NCBI GenBank assembly: GCA_964016885.1
Contig: OZ024741.1
Coordinates: 306,776,001 to 306,840,000 of the forward strand
From: Eledone cirrhosa
Lineage: Eukaryota
DNA: 64,000 nucleotides
Direction of reading: 5' to 3'
Shown here piece by piece: positions 1-13,991 of this stretch. Each line of letters opens with the position of its first letter. The stretch's first letter is position 1. A model generated the notes under the pieces. It was not told the DNA's origin. It saw only the letters and a list, made by a program, of their open reading frames with translations, and ran no database searches. Position numbers and translations under genes: made by a program.

Positions 1-116
1 ATTTTATTATACTACACTCTGTCTAGCTCTACACCTCGATACAGAAGTGAACCTAAACACCGAGTGCTCACCCAGGTGAGCCTACAGTAACTCCACGTTA
101 CACTCCCTGGATATCA

Positions 117-965
117 TCATCATCACTGTTTTACGTCCATTCTTCCACACTAGCATGGGTTAGACGGGTTGTCTTGTTGTGGGCAGTGTCCAATCGGCTG
201 ACCTTGTCTTGTTCATACAGGAACTGATTTTGGCTTGATTTCTACAGCTGGATGCCCTTCCTAACACCAACCTCATTTACAGTGAGTGCTGGGTGCTTTT
301 TCCATGGCGCCTACACGTCCACTTTACAGTGTAGGCTGGGTGCTTTTTTGCCATGGCACCTCCACGACCACTTTTAAGTGGGAGAGGGTGGGGGCATATT
401 GTCTACATGCTTTAGCTTCAGCTTGTACCTGTGGGAAGTCGAATCTTCTGTATTACTGTATGACGCCAGCGGTCACAGTCGTGTGTCATCACCCTTGAGA
501 GGTGCAGTTGGGTTAGATCGGCTTTTATCACCTCATCGCAGGTCTTCTTGGGTCTCCCCACTCCGCGGCTTCCATTGACTTCTAGTGCTCTGCACCTTTT
601 TATGCAGCTGTCATCCTTCATGCGCATCACATGTCCATACCAACGCACCTTCCTCTCCTGCACATAGAATTTGATTCCTCTTATGCTCAGTCTCTCTCAA
701 TTCGTTTATGCTTTGCCGTTCGTGTATATTACTATTACACATCCATCAGAGCATGCAAGCTTCATTTCTTTCTAATCTATGCAAGTCTTCAACAGACAGT
801 GCCCAGGTCTCACTACCATGTAACATTGCTGTTCATATACATCATCATACAGTCTGCCTTTCATTTTGAGGGGAAAGCCTTTTGCAGCTTGCAGTGGCAG
901 TAGCTCCCTGAACTTCTTCTATCCCATTCTTACCCTAGTTATTGTACTTTCCGAAAACCCATCTC
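117..965 (-). mobile_element. RTE-clade LINE, 5'-truncated 3' fragment
   Basis: ERKVRWYGHVMRM..GRPKKT C-terminus; (GAT)n tail at ~117-125. Confidence 0.85.
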
Positions 966-1549
966 CTCTATACATGGAGGAGATGACCCATAAAAAAAGA
1001 CATGATAATAACTAGAGCTCTAGCCTAATATTGTTCTCCACAATCGCATATCAGATTGATTCTAATGTAGAGAAAATGAAACAAGATTATAGCCATTAGT
1101 CTCTTAATCATTTTGATACAAAACAGCCTGAAACTACCCTGGTTCTATGCTACAAAATTGTTTATTTTAAAGGGTTTATATTTATCTAAAAACCTTCCCC
1201 TATAATTTTCTGTAAGAACATTTGTTAACACTTTTGATACCAAACAACATAATTTTATATATGAGCATTTATTAAGTGATGCTCCTAAAACCAGCTTAAT
1301 AATGAGAAAGTTAGTGATATTACTAAAACCCTGCCTAAATAATAGGCAGTCTTTTATTAGAAATATATTAATGAAAACATTGAGATGTTACACTTCCTAA
1401 TAACCAAATTTATACTATGAAAGATTAATAATTTTGTATTCAATATCATAGTGTGTCATTAACATCACACCCTTTTTTCTATTTTAAATTTTAAGCATAA
1501 CAAAAATAAAAAAACAAAACAAAACAAGTTACACTTAATTTCTAAAGAA

Positions 1550-4500
1550 ATGACGATCATATTTAAGAAACACTAGCAGAAGAAATACTTTTGTTTATAT
1601 TTTTGTGCGAAATAAATACTTTTGTTTATATTTTGCTATTGTGTATGCAAAAATATATGTACACGGATATATAATTATATATATATATATTAAAATAACA
1701 GATTAAAGTTTAAGCAAAGAATCGCTGCTTTCACCCTTAACGGGATCTTCTGAAACTAAAAAAAATCAATCTGTGAACGCAGAAGTAAATATTTCGAAAA
1801 ACGTTACACACTATCATCATCATCATCATCATCATTATCATCGTTTAACGTCCATCTTCCACGCTAGCATGGGTTTGGACGGGAATTGTCCCACTTGAGG
1901 CAAGATTGGTTGTCTTGCTCAGGACTGTCTGGCGGGTTTTCTACGGCTGGATGCCCTTCCTAACGCCAACCACGTTTACAGTGTGGACTGGGAGGTTTTT
2001 ACCGTGTTACCTACATGGCCACATTACAGTGTGGAATGTGTGTTTTTTGTCGTGACACCTACACACCCTCATTTGTTTCGGACTGGATGCTGTGGTACCA
2101 ACATAACTTTACATTGGAAGGGGTGGTGTGGATGGGGTGGGGGTAGTGGGGCCGGGGTGTATTTTGTTAGAGGTGCCTACTGACTGTAGGTTTCGCTTTG
2201 TACTTAGGCAAGGCGGGTCTTCTGTATTATTGTGTATCACCAAAGATCTCGGTCCAGTGACATTGTCTTGGAGAGGTGTAAGTGTGTGAGGTCGGAATTT
2301 AGCAAGTCGTCCCAAGTTTTTCTGTGTCTGCCTACTCCGTGGCTACCGTCTATTTTTATCGCCCTGCACTTTTTTATACAGCTGTTGTCTTTCATGCGCA
2401 TCACGTGACCGTACCAACGTAGTCTTCTCTCGAGTAAACAGCATCTGATCCATCTTATTCCTAATTTCTCCCTTAGTTCGTTTATGCTTTGCCGTTCACG
2501 TATATTACTATTACACATCCAGCGGAGCATGCAAGCTTCGTTCCTCTCCAGTCTGGGTATATCCTCTGCACACAATGCCCAGGTCTCACTGCCATGCAAC
2601 ATTGCTGTTCGTATGCAGGCATCATACAGCCTGCCTTTCATTTTTAGTGAGAAACCTTTAGCGGCCAATAGTGGTATAAGCTCTCTGAACTTTTCCATCC
2701 CGTTCTGACTCTAGCTACTGTACTTTCGGAGCACCCTCCACCACTGCTGATTTTGTCACCCAGGAAACGAAAGGTGTCCACTATTTCTATAGAACCATCT
2801 GTGCAATGGAATGAGCTAGTATTCTGTGGGCACTTGCTGCTACTTATTGCACCAGAGCACCGGTCACATATAAAATCTATATTCTTAGTTAGCTTACCTG
2901 TGATCCCACTACATTTTTATGCACCCATACTTTGCATTTGGGACATAAAATGGAGTTTCTGCCTACTCCTTTCCTACACACTGAGCATGGCCATTTCCCA
3001 GATGGGACTGGTGCCCTATTTTCCTTCCTACAAACTAGAACTTTAGTGTTAAGCAGGTTAATTTTAAGGCCTTTTGATTCAAGGCCATGCTTCGATATTT
3101 GGAATATCTTCTCTAGTTCCGCCATTGATTCAGCTATGAGCATTAGATCATCTGCATATAGGAGTTCCCATGGGCAGCCAGTCTTGAACACCTCTGTTAT
3201 AGCCTGAAGGGCAATAATAAATAAGGATGGAGCCCTGATGAACACCAACTTTTACGCTAAACTGTTCACTATATTCGTTGTTAATTCTAACCTTGCTGAC
3301 TGTTTCTTTATACATGGCTTGTATAGCTCTCACAAGCCATTCATCAACTAGTTTTCTAAGAGCTCACCAGATAATGGGGCATGGGACTCTGTCAAAGGCA
3401 TGGGACTCTCCAAGTCAACAAAAGCTAAGTATAGGGGTTTACTTTTAGCTAGGTACTTCTGCTGTAGTTGTCGTAAATGAAAAGAGTGTCTGTGGTACTT
3501 TTACCTGACACAAACCCGAACTGCATTTCATCTAGATCAATTCGCTCTCTGATTAGTTGCACTATTACTTTTTCTGTGACCTTCATGACCTGGTCGATTA
3601 ATTTAATGCCTCTATAGTTACCCCTATCTAGGGCATCTCCTTTACCCCTGTGGCAGTTATTGATGATGCTGCTGCACCAGTCCTTCGGAACTACCCCATT
3701 CTGTATGACTTGGTTTACTATCCGGGTGACCATAGTGTGTCCCACCGTTCCAGATGTTTTCAGCATTTCAGCAACTATTTCCGAAAGCCAAGCCGCCTTA
3801 CCCATCTTCATATCTTTGATTGCCTTACTTATTATACTACCTTCAACTAGCACTGCTGGTCCCTCTATTGGATCGATGTGGGGGTGATTGTCTTTCTCCC
3901 ACTTATTCTCTTCATTTAGTAGCCTTTCGTAGTGACACTTCCAAGCTACCTTCTTATCAGCATCAGTGATGGCAAGTACACCATCATCATTAAGGACACA
4001 CTTCTCCCCGACAATATCACTGTTTTCCTTGACACATTGCCTAGCAATCCCGAACACCTCACGTTTTTGGTCCTCGCATTGTAGAACATTGTTAAACGTT
4101 CTTTCCTCTGCTTCCCTTCTTGCTAAGTACACTTGTCTCCTAGCTTCCCTCCTGGCCACTTGATAGTCCTCTCTACTTCCCCCATCCCGCCATACTTTCC
4201 AAGCCTGCTTTTTGGCCTTAATTGACTCCTCCACCTTACTGTTCCACTACCATGTTACTCTCCTCCTGCCTATAGGCCTGCTCTAGCCACAGACATCATC
4301 TGCCGCCTTCAGCAGGTTAGCTTTCAGGAATTCCCACTGTTCCTCTATATTGTACGACTCTATTTGCTCTTCCTTACTGTCAAAAGCATCAAGTAATATG
4401 CTTTTAAATTTATTTCTGGCTGCGGGGTCCTTTAGCTTCCATATTTTTCTCCTGAGGATAGTCCTCCTCTGTTGTCGAGTACGTCTTGTCCTGACTACGA

Positions 4501-6096
4501 GGTCGCTGACTATGAGTCTATGTTGGGAGGTGCATTCTTCATGGGGGAGGGATTTAGTGTTTACGATAGAGACTCTATCACGTCTTCTGGTAAGGATATA
4601 ATCTACCTGGCTTGTGTCTTCCCCAGATCTATAGGTGATCAAGTGATTGTCTCATTTTTTGAAGTTAGTGTTACAGACAGTTAGGTTATTTGCATCACAG
4701 AATTCCAGGATTCTGGCGCCTTCCTCATTTCTAGTACCAAACCCATAGTCTCCATGGATTCCATCATAGCCATCACAATGTTGTCCAACGTGACCATTTA
4801 GGTCGCCAGCAATAATTATGTAGTCACTGTCGGTTATTTGGGAGGTCGTGAGCATCAATGTCTCATAGAATCTGTCTTTTATAACACCATGCAGTCCGGA
4901 TTGGGGTGCGTACACAGATATTACTGTCACAGTAGTTCTATTTAGGACAAGTCTTATTTTAATTATTCTGTCGTTCACTCTTTTTACATCTATTATCTTA
5001 TCTACCCATTTTTCTGCTAACATGAATCCTACCCCACCCAGCCCATTGTCATTTCCCACCCAGAAAAGCTTATAGCATCGTTTTTTATCCACAATGAATC
5101 TAGCAGACCCACCCCTCCACCTGGTCTCTTAGATACAGCAAACATCAACCTCCTTGCGTTCAATCATTTCTACAACCTCGTTAGAGCGACCTTTTAAGGT
5201 GCCTACATTCATGGTACCAACTCTGAAGTTTTGGATTGCGTTTGGTGCGTGGGAATGGTGGGGCGTGGGGAGGGGTAAGGGGGCTGGGGTTGGGGTTATG
5301 TTGGCCATCCACGGCCGAAACAAAGAGGAGGAGTCCTTGCCTTTTCGTTCAGCAGCATGAGGTGAATTTGTCTTTATCTTTGGCATTGTCACTCAGTGTC
5401 CAGATTTTTTCAGACTCTCCAGAATTTCCTAGTCCATCCATCATATCGAAAGGCAACCGGAAGAAGTGATAGCATAGGCCGTTGACTTATGATTGGTCGA
5501 AATAATAATAATGGTGGTGAGTGGGGCGGGTGGAAGGGGTATGGGGTAGTTAGCGTGAAGGTTTAAATAAAATCCTCGAAATTTGGGCATAATTTGACAA
5601 GCATATAACAGTAATAAGCGAATAATATTTAGTACAACCTGACAGAATTATAGAATAGCATATAACAGTAATAAGCGAATAATATTTAGAACAACCTGAC
5701 AGAATTATAGAATAGCATTGAGATGGACGGGGAAATGGAGAGAACGAAAGAAAATGGCATTCTACATTACATTTTCACAGGAGAACGAACAGTGTGACCA
5801 TTAATAAGATTTGACAAATTCTGAGATTCGTACCTCGTAACAGGTTTATTTTATATTTGGTGAGAGAATGAAGGGGTGGGGGGGGGGGGGGTAGTAAAGA
5901 TTAGGAGGGGCAAGGAGGCCATTTTATAAACCCTAGGATTTTCGGCCAAAATTAAACAGCGTGATTGTTATTTTAGAAAAACAAACAAGGTTTAAATAAA
6001 TCCTCGAAATTTGGACATAATTGGACAAGCATATAACAGTAATAAGCGAATAATACTGTGATATGCTTGTTCAATTATGCCCAAATTTCGAGGATT

Positions 6097-6139
<43 letters not shown>

Positions 6140-6423
6140 AGCGTCATAACGTTGTAATGCAGACAGCCAGACATACAGACAGATATTATAAGGGCGCAAC
6201 GTTATATCTATGTATCTATCTAAAAAGAAAGACTAAGAATTATAGAGAGAGATCGCTAAATCGCCTAATGCGGTCCCTAGGGCATTGAAAATTTGTTTTT
6301 CTCAAAACACTCACAGGACCATAAGTATTACATGTGGAAAGTTTGAAAATAATCGGTTGGGTGGTTCTCGAGTTTTAGGGAGTCAAACAGACAGACAGAC
6401 ATTCTCTGTTTTAGATATATAGA
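1550..6423 (-). mobile_element. Helitron-family non-autonomous element interrupted by the LINE at 1813-5560 (3' boundary uncertain)
   Basis: 6150-6423 matches the 5' part of the element at 27756; 1690-1806 is the reverse complement of 58380-58490. Confidence 0.55.
1813..5560 (-). mobile_element. Near full-length RTE LINE (APE endonuclease + reverse transcriptase), frameshifted
   Basis: TMNVGTL, YAPQ, GDLNGH and VDYIL endonuclease motifs; QFGF and YADD RT motifs; (GAT)n tail. ORF broken into about 7 pieces; 5' end approximate. Confidence 0.93.
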
Positions 6424-6436
6424 TTATTACTATTAC

Positions 6437-6604
6437 CTTGCATTTTTGAGGGAGAGCAATTCTTTTTAGATCAGTTTACATGGCCATCACTCTTGCAATT
6501 GCACACACTACATTTATCCCTATCCTCGAATGTCCGACCAGACATGTATAGTTTTCCCTCGTAACGGCACACTACAACAAAATTATTCTCTTTTGTTGCA
6601 GTTT
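6437..6604 (-). pseudogene. Module N, damaged paralog of L (TATKENNFVVVCRYEGKLYMSGRTFEDRDKCSVCNCKSDGHVN*SKKNCSPSKMQ)
   Basis: Ancestral acceptor lost (tgtcaa versus tgtag in module L); TGA at the Cys5 position (6471-6473); donor intact. Flanking intron is homologous to that of module L. Confidence 0.78.
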
Positions 6605-7920
6605 TTGACAGATAGTATTTACACATACCCCAAAAGTATTCAATAGATATTTAAGATATTTTTAAAGAAAGGACTCCCTCCTTAACAAATATGCACACTT
6701 ATATAAGTAAGATTCTGAGAGAATATCTACCAGTTTGAGACAATTGCACACAGTATCACACTAAAACAATTACATACAATTACACATGAAGACAGTTACA
6801 CACAATCACACGAAATCGCTCACTAAGATATTTACACACAATTACAAATGGAATGGGGCTCCATTAGTTTCTACAATGAATGTTCCATTTGTTCCATCAG
6901 TACCTGCTCTGGAAATTAAGATGTCAGTGGCTGAGTATTCCACCCATAAAATAATTATCTCAGAGTTACATCATGACAGTGTGTGACAAGGCTGGCTCTT
7001 TGAATTAGAGGTAAACTTTATTCAATAGTCTAATAAATAATATCAATCCACCCAATTCCACTTTCAATGCATGGGTCAACCCATGATGACACTTGCCCAA
7101 GTTGCCATGCAGTAGGATCAAAATAGGGGCATAATGATTGCAAAGTGAACCTAACCATTTGGCCATGCTGCATCCACACAATTACAAACATAATTTGTTT
7201 ACTTTAGTTCTATCAGAAAAGGCTCAAAATATAATCATTGATAACAGAAAAGGCACAAAATATGAATCATTGATAACAGAAGAGACATAATATATGAATC
7301 GTTAATATGACCCAATGCCATGAGAGTAGAGAGAAATATGTTTATAAGAAGCACTGAAGTCAGACTCAAAATGAACTTAAAGTAAAACTCTCACAATCAC
7401 TTTAAATACTAGGCATCACCATTACTGAGAGTCTCACTTCAACTCAGCTTCTTCCAACTAAATCGCCATTGTCATCTCATTATCATTATCATGATCTTTG
7501 TTTTATGTTTGTTTTCTATGCTAGCATCAGATAGATAGGTTAGCATAATTTGAGACTAGATGGTTGGGTTAGGAGACCACATCTTGCTCATATGCCTCAA
7601 TCTTTGGCATGGTTTCTAAAGCTGGATGCCCTTCTTAATGCTAACCATTATACACTGTACTGGGCTGGATGGGTGACATGGTCTGAGACTAGATGGGTCA
7701 GGAGACTTCTTGCTCATCACTGGCATTGTTTTACAGCTATATGCCCTTCTTAGTGCCAACCATTATACAGTGTAGTGGGTGCATTTATTGTAGCATCATC
7801 ACTACCACTTACAGTGTAGTGGGTAAATGTTATCATCACACTAACACTGCTATCTTACCAATAAAAATTCAGGCATAAACAATAATATAATAATGTGTGG
7901 GTATATATATTTATATATTA

Positions 7921-8726
7921 CTAGCAGCAGGACCCGGCGTTGCATGGGGTAGGGAATGTGAAATAGCAACACGCATATGCAAAGGTTGAGGAATGTAGAT
8001 GTGTACTTTTTGAATTCCCTTATTCTCAGGGAATGATTGTTCATCTAGTGGAAATGTAAAACACCAGCAGGCCTGAATCATGAAACATCTGCATGCATGT
8101 GCAAAATCTGAAGAAAATCAGCTGGATACTTTTTAAGTGTACTAAATCTTAGAGTACAACTTTTCTTCCATTTGGAGAAAATCAGTTAGGTACTTTTCGA
8201 GTTTTATAGATTTGCACCCAGTCATCTGGACAGACATCATCAGTTATGTCTATTGCACCTGCATGCATACTGTACAGAGTAAAACCTGCAATGCTTGAGT
8301 AAGACATGTCATGCAACCGCACAGCATGTTGGGCCTTCCCCACAGGAGACCATAGCCTCTTCGTAAATCTATCCAATCTGATATAGACCGAACTGTTATA
8401 TCGGATGCCGAATGCTTCGGAGTTACTATTGGGGTCACCATCAACAATTTCAAGAAATGTACGTTTAAGTAGGGATAATATAGTCTATACTAAAGAGTTG
8501 TCTCTCTTGAACATTGTAGACAAAATTGCATAAATGAAAAAAATGCCTTTAACAAGAGAAAATTGAAAAATATAAGCTGCAGTTAATATCGTTAGACCGC
8601 AAGGAATATATAAATGCAAGTTTGAAGTCAATCGGAGTAGAAATGTGGATTTGTATAGACTTTGCCAAAATTAGGACACACACACACACACACACAGACA
8701 ACTTCAGTTTTATATATATGTATAGA
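7921..8726 (-). mobile_element. Non-autonomous Helitron
   Basis: Minus strand starts TCTATACATATATATAAAACTG and ends ...GCAACGCCGGGTCCTGCTGCTAG; inserted between A and T. Confidence 0.78.
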
Positions 8727-8750
8727 TGAAACAAACAAATCATCATTATT

Positions 8751-8942
8751 GGCGGTGGATTGACAGTATCGGTAGAGAGTCGGACGCCATGCTTTGCAGC
8801 AAAGAGTTACGGCCCTTTATGGCCTGAGTTCAAATCCCGCCGAGGTTAACTTTGCCTTTCATCCTTACGGGGTCGATAAAATAAAGTACCAGTAATGCAA
8901 TGGGTAATTGCTGGCCTTGTGCCAAAAGTAGAAACAATTATT
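8751..8942 (+). mobile_element. tRNA-derived SINE
   Basis: B-box-like GAGTTCAAATCC followed by the conserved core ctttgcctttcatcc..gggtcgataaaataaagtaccag; many copies in this window. Confidence 0.8.
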
Positions 8943-8950
8943 AGTATTAC

Positions 8951-9100
8951 CTGGAGTTGAAGATCTGGAACATACTTTTAGGGTACAAATCACATTTCCT
9001 TTGACCTGGCAATTACAGGTATTACAATTGTCTTCATCTAAGAATATCTCCTTAGGCTGGAATTTTTTTCCATGGTAGTCACACCCCTTGCTTCTCTCTG
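8951..9100 (-). CDS. Module M exon (AERSKGCDYHGKKFQPKEIFLDEDNCNTCNCQVKGNVICTLKVCSRSSTP)
   Basis: 150 nt, NAGNAG acceptor (acag|CAG), CAG|gtaata donor, phase 1-1. Confidence 0.9.
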
Positions 9101-9418
9101 CTGTTGTTAAAATATAAATTTTAGACAGAATCAAGAGAAATTTGTTCCTCAGAAAAAAAAATGATCAGCTCATAATGCTTTTATATGAAACTGACTCCAT
9201 TGAAATTCTACAACTTAATTAGAAATAGCAACCTAGTATGAAAGATCAATATGACATTTTAAATGGAAGAAGAAGAAGATATATATATAGAAGGTTTATT
9301 TACAAAATTTTAAGCAAGACAAAAAAAAAATGAAAGGTTACATTTATTTTTGAAGAAACAATAACCAAATGTAACATAATTTAGTGCAACCTATTTTAGA
9401 AACATCATTTACTATTAC

Positions 9419-9580
9419 CTTGTGATTTTGAGCAAATTCTTCTGGAACAGTTTACAAGTCCATCATTTCTGCAAGTGCAGTTATTACATTTATCTTTAGC
9501 CTCAAATACCTGACCAAATATGTATAGTTTTCCTTCATAGTGGCATACTGCAATAAATTCATTTTCATTTACTGCAGTTT
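9419..9580 (-). CDS. Module L exon (ETAVNENEFIAVCHYEGKLYIFGQVFEAKDKCNNCTCRNDGLVNCSRRICSKSQ)
   Basis: 162 nt, tcttgtag acceptor, AAG|gtaata donor, phase 1-1. Confidence 0.9.
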
Positions 9581-10274
9581 CTACAAGACAAGATTTACAT
9601 ATTCAATATGTATCTAAAGAAAGGACTCCCTTCTCAACAAACATGCACACTTTTATAAGTACTAAAATATTTTTCAACACGCTGACTCGTATGAGTATAT
9701 GTGTCTGCATGTGTGTATGTGCGTATGCATACATTTATATGTAAGAATATATAAATATAAATGCGCAAACATACACACATTCATTCACACAAACACACAC
9801 AGACATAAATTTACACAAACACAGCTTAGCAAAATGAATGTTTTGCTATAGATTTTCATCATCCCCTTCCTTTTACACACACATACATTCACACAAACAC
9901 ACACACATTGTGTAACAGATGGACGGAAATTGCTCAAATTTATATATAGAAGATTCTGAGAGAATATCTCGCATCAGTACTTGTCTACCAGTTTGATGCA
10001 ATTACACACAATTATACAAAATCACACACATGCTATTAAACACAATTACACACAAACACATGCAATCACAGACAATTATAAACAATCACACACACACAAT
10101 TAAGCACAATTACACACAACCACACACACACAATTATACACAATCACGCATACAATTACACACAATCACACACGATTATACACAATTATACACAACCACA
10201 TGCAACCACAAATGGAATGGACCTACAATGGGTGTTCTGATCATTCTGTCTATGGAACAGCCTCCCTGATATTC

Positions 10275-11827
10275 AGGCTATATATGGTGGTGTCATACCC
10301 AAAAACTAGTGCAGTAGTATTTTCATAAATTGCTACAAAGGTAAAGGGGATGCTCTGGAAAGGAGAAATTATAGGGGCATAAAACTGATGGATCAGGTCA
10401 TGAAATTGGCAGAAAGGATATTAGCGCAACTAATTAGAGAAAGGGTCAAACTAGACGAGATGCAGTTTGGTTTTGTGCCTGGGAAGAGTACAACAGATGC
10501 CCTCTTCTTGGTGAGACAATTGCAAGAGAGGTTCTTAGAGAAAAATAAGCCACTATACTTAGCTTTTGTTGACCTACAGAAGGACTTTCATAGGGTACCC
10601 CAATCTGTCATCTGGTGGTCCCTAAGGAAGCTGGGTGTTGAGGAATGGCTTGTGAGAACAGTGCAAGCTTTGTACAGAGGTGCTGTCAGTAAAGTGAGGG
10701 TAGGAATGGAGTTTAGTGAGGAATTCCAGATACAAGTAGGAGTACATCATGGTTTGGTCCTCAGCCCGCTCTTGTTCATTATAGTCCTCCAAGCCATAAC
10801 AGAGGAGTTTAAGACTGGCTGTCCATGGGAACTTCTCTATGCTGACGATCTGGTTCATATAGCAGAATCAGTAGAGGAGCTGGAGAATAAATTCTGGCTA
10901 TGGAAACAGCAGTTGGAATTAAGAGGACTGAGAGTGAACCTAGCTAATACAAAAGTATTGATGAGTAGAAAAGAGGACAAAACTCTGATTCCATCAGGGA
11001 AATGGCCATGTTCGATATGCAGAAAAGGAACTGGCATAAATTCTATAAAATGTACACAATGCAGATCTTAGGTACACAAGAGATGCAGTGGGATAGCAGG
11101 CAAACTAACAGGTAGGGAGAAATACGTATGCAGTAGATGTACAGGGAAATTTGACAGTAGAAGTCACATTGATAGACACATGTTTCAAATGCAGGTGGGT
11201 GCTATAGGAGTGGTTGATAGCTTCCGGTACCTAGGTGATCAGATTAGCATGGGAGGGGGTGTTCCGAGGCCATACTATCTAGAATAAGGATGGGTTGGAA
11301 GAAGTTAAGGGAGTTGCTTCCTCTGCTGACGAAGAAGGGTTTCTCCTTACATATGAAAGGCCGGTAATATGATGCCTGTGTGAGGTGCGTGATGCTGCAT
11401 GGTAGTGAGACATGGGCAGCAACTGCAGAGGATATGCGACGGCTGGCGAGAAATGAGGCAAGCATGCTCTGTTGGATGTGCAATGTCAATGTGCGTGAAT
11501 GACTGAGCATGGATGTGTTGAGAGTGAACCTATGTCTGAGAGGGATAACTTGTGTGCGGGAGAGGAGACTGCGATGGTATGGACATGTGATGCGCATGGA
11601 GGATGATTGATGGGTGAAGAAGTGCCAAGAAATGCCAGTTGAAGGAAGACGTAGTAGAGGAAGACCACGAAAAACATGGGCGGAGGTGGTGAGAGGAGCA
11701 GACCTCAGATCGCTGAAGCTCACGGTGGAGATGACAAAGGACCGTGATAAGTGGAGAGATGCTGAATATGACCCGTCCCACCCTTGCAAGCAGGGAAAAG
11801 CAGACGTAAAATGATGATGATGATGAT
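10275..11827 (+). mobile_element. RTE LINE, 5'-truncated (RT region)
   Basis: ORF 10388-11071 with QFGF and YADD; (GAT)n tail. Confidence 0.92.
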
Positions 11828-12319
11828 GTGTACAACCAAGGCTGGCTGTTTGAATTACATGACATCTTGTGTTCTTGAGCAAGACACTTTATTTTATGTT
11901 GCTTTTCATGATAGGACAAGAGTCCTTATCACTGAAACACTGGAGAAACCTCCTCTGATATGCAAACTCCAAGAAGGTCATAGGTATGAGCTGTAAATTT
12001 CATTTCATTTAATGTTTCAAGCGTTACATTACATTTCAGTTAAGGTAACAAAATATGTCAATTCGCCATTCCTATTCAAATCTAACTAGAATAATCAGCT
12101 TCAAATGCTATTGGAGACCCTAAGAAGCATTTAACTTACTATCAATATAATTGATAGTTGTCTCTCACAAACTAGGGATAACAGACATAAGTTATCATCA
12201 TAGGATAATATTTTAGTTAATAATTTATTAGACATTACAACTTGGGGCTGGGCAGGCTATCCAACATTCATTTCTTTCCATGAGACTGAACCAAAGAATT
12301 TACATGTAGAGTTTCTGGA

Positions 12320-13577
12320 GGCAAAATTAACCTGGCTAAGACTAAAGTTCTAGTTTGTAAGAAAGAAAATAAGGCGGCGGTCCCCTCCGGGAAGTGGCCA
12401 TGCGAAGAGTGTAGGAAAGGCGTAGGCAGAAATTCCATTTTGTGCCCCAAATGCAAAGTTTGGGTGCATAAAAGATGTAGTGGGATCACAGGTAAGCTAA
12501 CTAAGAACATAGATTTTACATGTGGCCGGTGTTCTGGTGCAATAAGTAGCAGCAAGTGCCCACTAAATACTAGCTCTTTCAACTGCGCAGAGGGTTCTAT
12601 AGAAATAGTGGACAGCTTCCGTTACCTGGGTGACAAAATCAGCAGTGGGGGAGGGTGCTCTGAAAGTACAGTAGCTAGAGTCAGAACTGGGTGGAAAAAG
12701 TTCAGAGAGCTTATACCACTATTAGCCGCTAAAGGGTTCTCCCTAAAAATGAAAGGCAGGTTGTACGATGCCTGCATACGAACAGCAATGTTGCATGGCA
12801 GTGAGACCTGGGCATTGTGTGCAGAGGATATACGCAGACTAGAGAGAAACGAAGCTTGCATGCTCTGCTGGATGTGTAATAGTAATATACGTGAACGACA
12901 AAGCATAAACGAACTAAGGAAAAAATTAGAAATAAGAGGGATCAGATGTTGTTTACTAGAGAGAAGGCTACGTTGGTATGGTCACGTGATGCGCATGAAG
13001 GACGATAGCTGTATAACAAAGTGCAGGGCAATAAAGATAGACGGTAGCCATGGAATAGGCAAACCCAGAAAAACCTGGGACGAGCTGATAAACTCCGACC
13101 TCACACACTTACACCTCACCAAGACAATGTCACTGGACCGAGACCTTTGGCGGTACTCAGTAATAGAGAAGACCCGCCTTACCTAATACAAAGTAAAACC
13201 TACTACAGTCAGTAGGCATCTCTAACAAAATACACCCCCGTCCCAGCACTCCCACCCTATCCACACCACCCACTCCTATGTAAAGTTATGTTGGTGCCAC
13301 ACCATCCAGGCCGAAACATATGAGATCGTGTAGGTGTCACGACAAAAAACACACAGTCCACGCTGTAATGTGGCCGTGTAGGCAACACGGTAAAAACCTC
13401 CCAGACCCACACTGTAAATGTGGTTGGTGTTAGGAAGGGCACCCAACTATAGAAAACCTGCCAGACAGTCCTATGCGAGCAAGACAATCACTCTTGCCTC
13501 AAGTGGGAAAACCCCCGTCCAAACCCATACAAGCGTGGAACACGGACGTTAAACGTTGATGATGATGATGATGATGA
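12320..13577 (+). mobile_element. RTE LINE, 5'-truncated
   Basis: ORF 12440-13186 is nearly identical to the C-terminus of 61043-62602; (GAT)n tail. Confidence 0.92.
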
Positions 13578-13820
13578 TTCAACTGAGTTGTTTCAAATAA
13601 GGACAAAAAGCAAAGGCCAGCAATACAATATACTCTTATTCATTACCTACATATTCCTAATAATACCACACTAATAACACCACCTAATAATACCACACAA
13701 TTTTCATCTATATAATATTTTGTGTATGCTTCAAACATGCAGAATATTTTCACTTAGACATAAGCAATCATAAATCTTTATTTATAAAAAGGGAATTTAG
13801 AAAACATATTTTAGTATTAC

Positions 13821-13991
13821 CATTCCCTCCTGAGCTAGCACAAATTTTTTTGCTACATATAACTCTTCCCATGAGTGTGCAATTACACATATTACAGCCA
13901 TCTGTAGCCTTGAATGACTGCCCATTACTGTACCCTTTTCCGTTATAGCTGCAGATTGGAAAAAACTCAGACTTTTGTACTGCAGAATCAT
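13821..13991 (-). CDS. Module K exon (DDSAVQKSEFFPICSYNGKGYSNGQSFKATDGCNMCNCTLMGRVICSKKICASSGGN)
   Basis: 171 nt, ttttctttcag acceptor, ATG|gtaata donor, phase 1-1. The ORF track shows a different, wrong frame here. Confidence 0.9.

Noticed and set aside
6471-6473. TGA at a conserved Cys position as selenocysteine
   Set aside because: The same exon also lost its ancestral acceptor and the conserved Asn after Cys2, and no SECIS element was identified. A TGT/TGC to TGA nonsense change is simpler.
8751-8850. tRNA gene
   Set aside because: Only degenerate A/B boxes fused to a multi-copy SINE body; no cloverleaf could be built.
10000-10210. His/Thr-rich ORF 10030-10269
   Set aside because: Translation of low-complexity ACACAATT-type repeats.
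11244-11919. Long antisense ORFs over LINEs (also 48353-49786 and 61323-62801)
   Set aside because: Shadow frames of RT coding sequence that recur in every copy.
13797-13991. 64-aa ORF MILQYKSL...
   Set aside because: Wrong frame; the phase-1 frame encodes module K.
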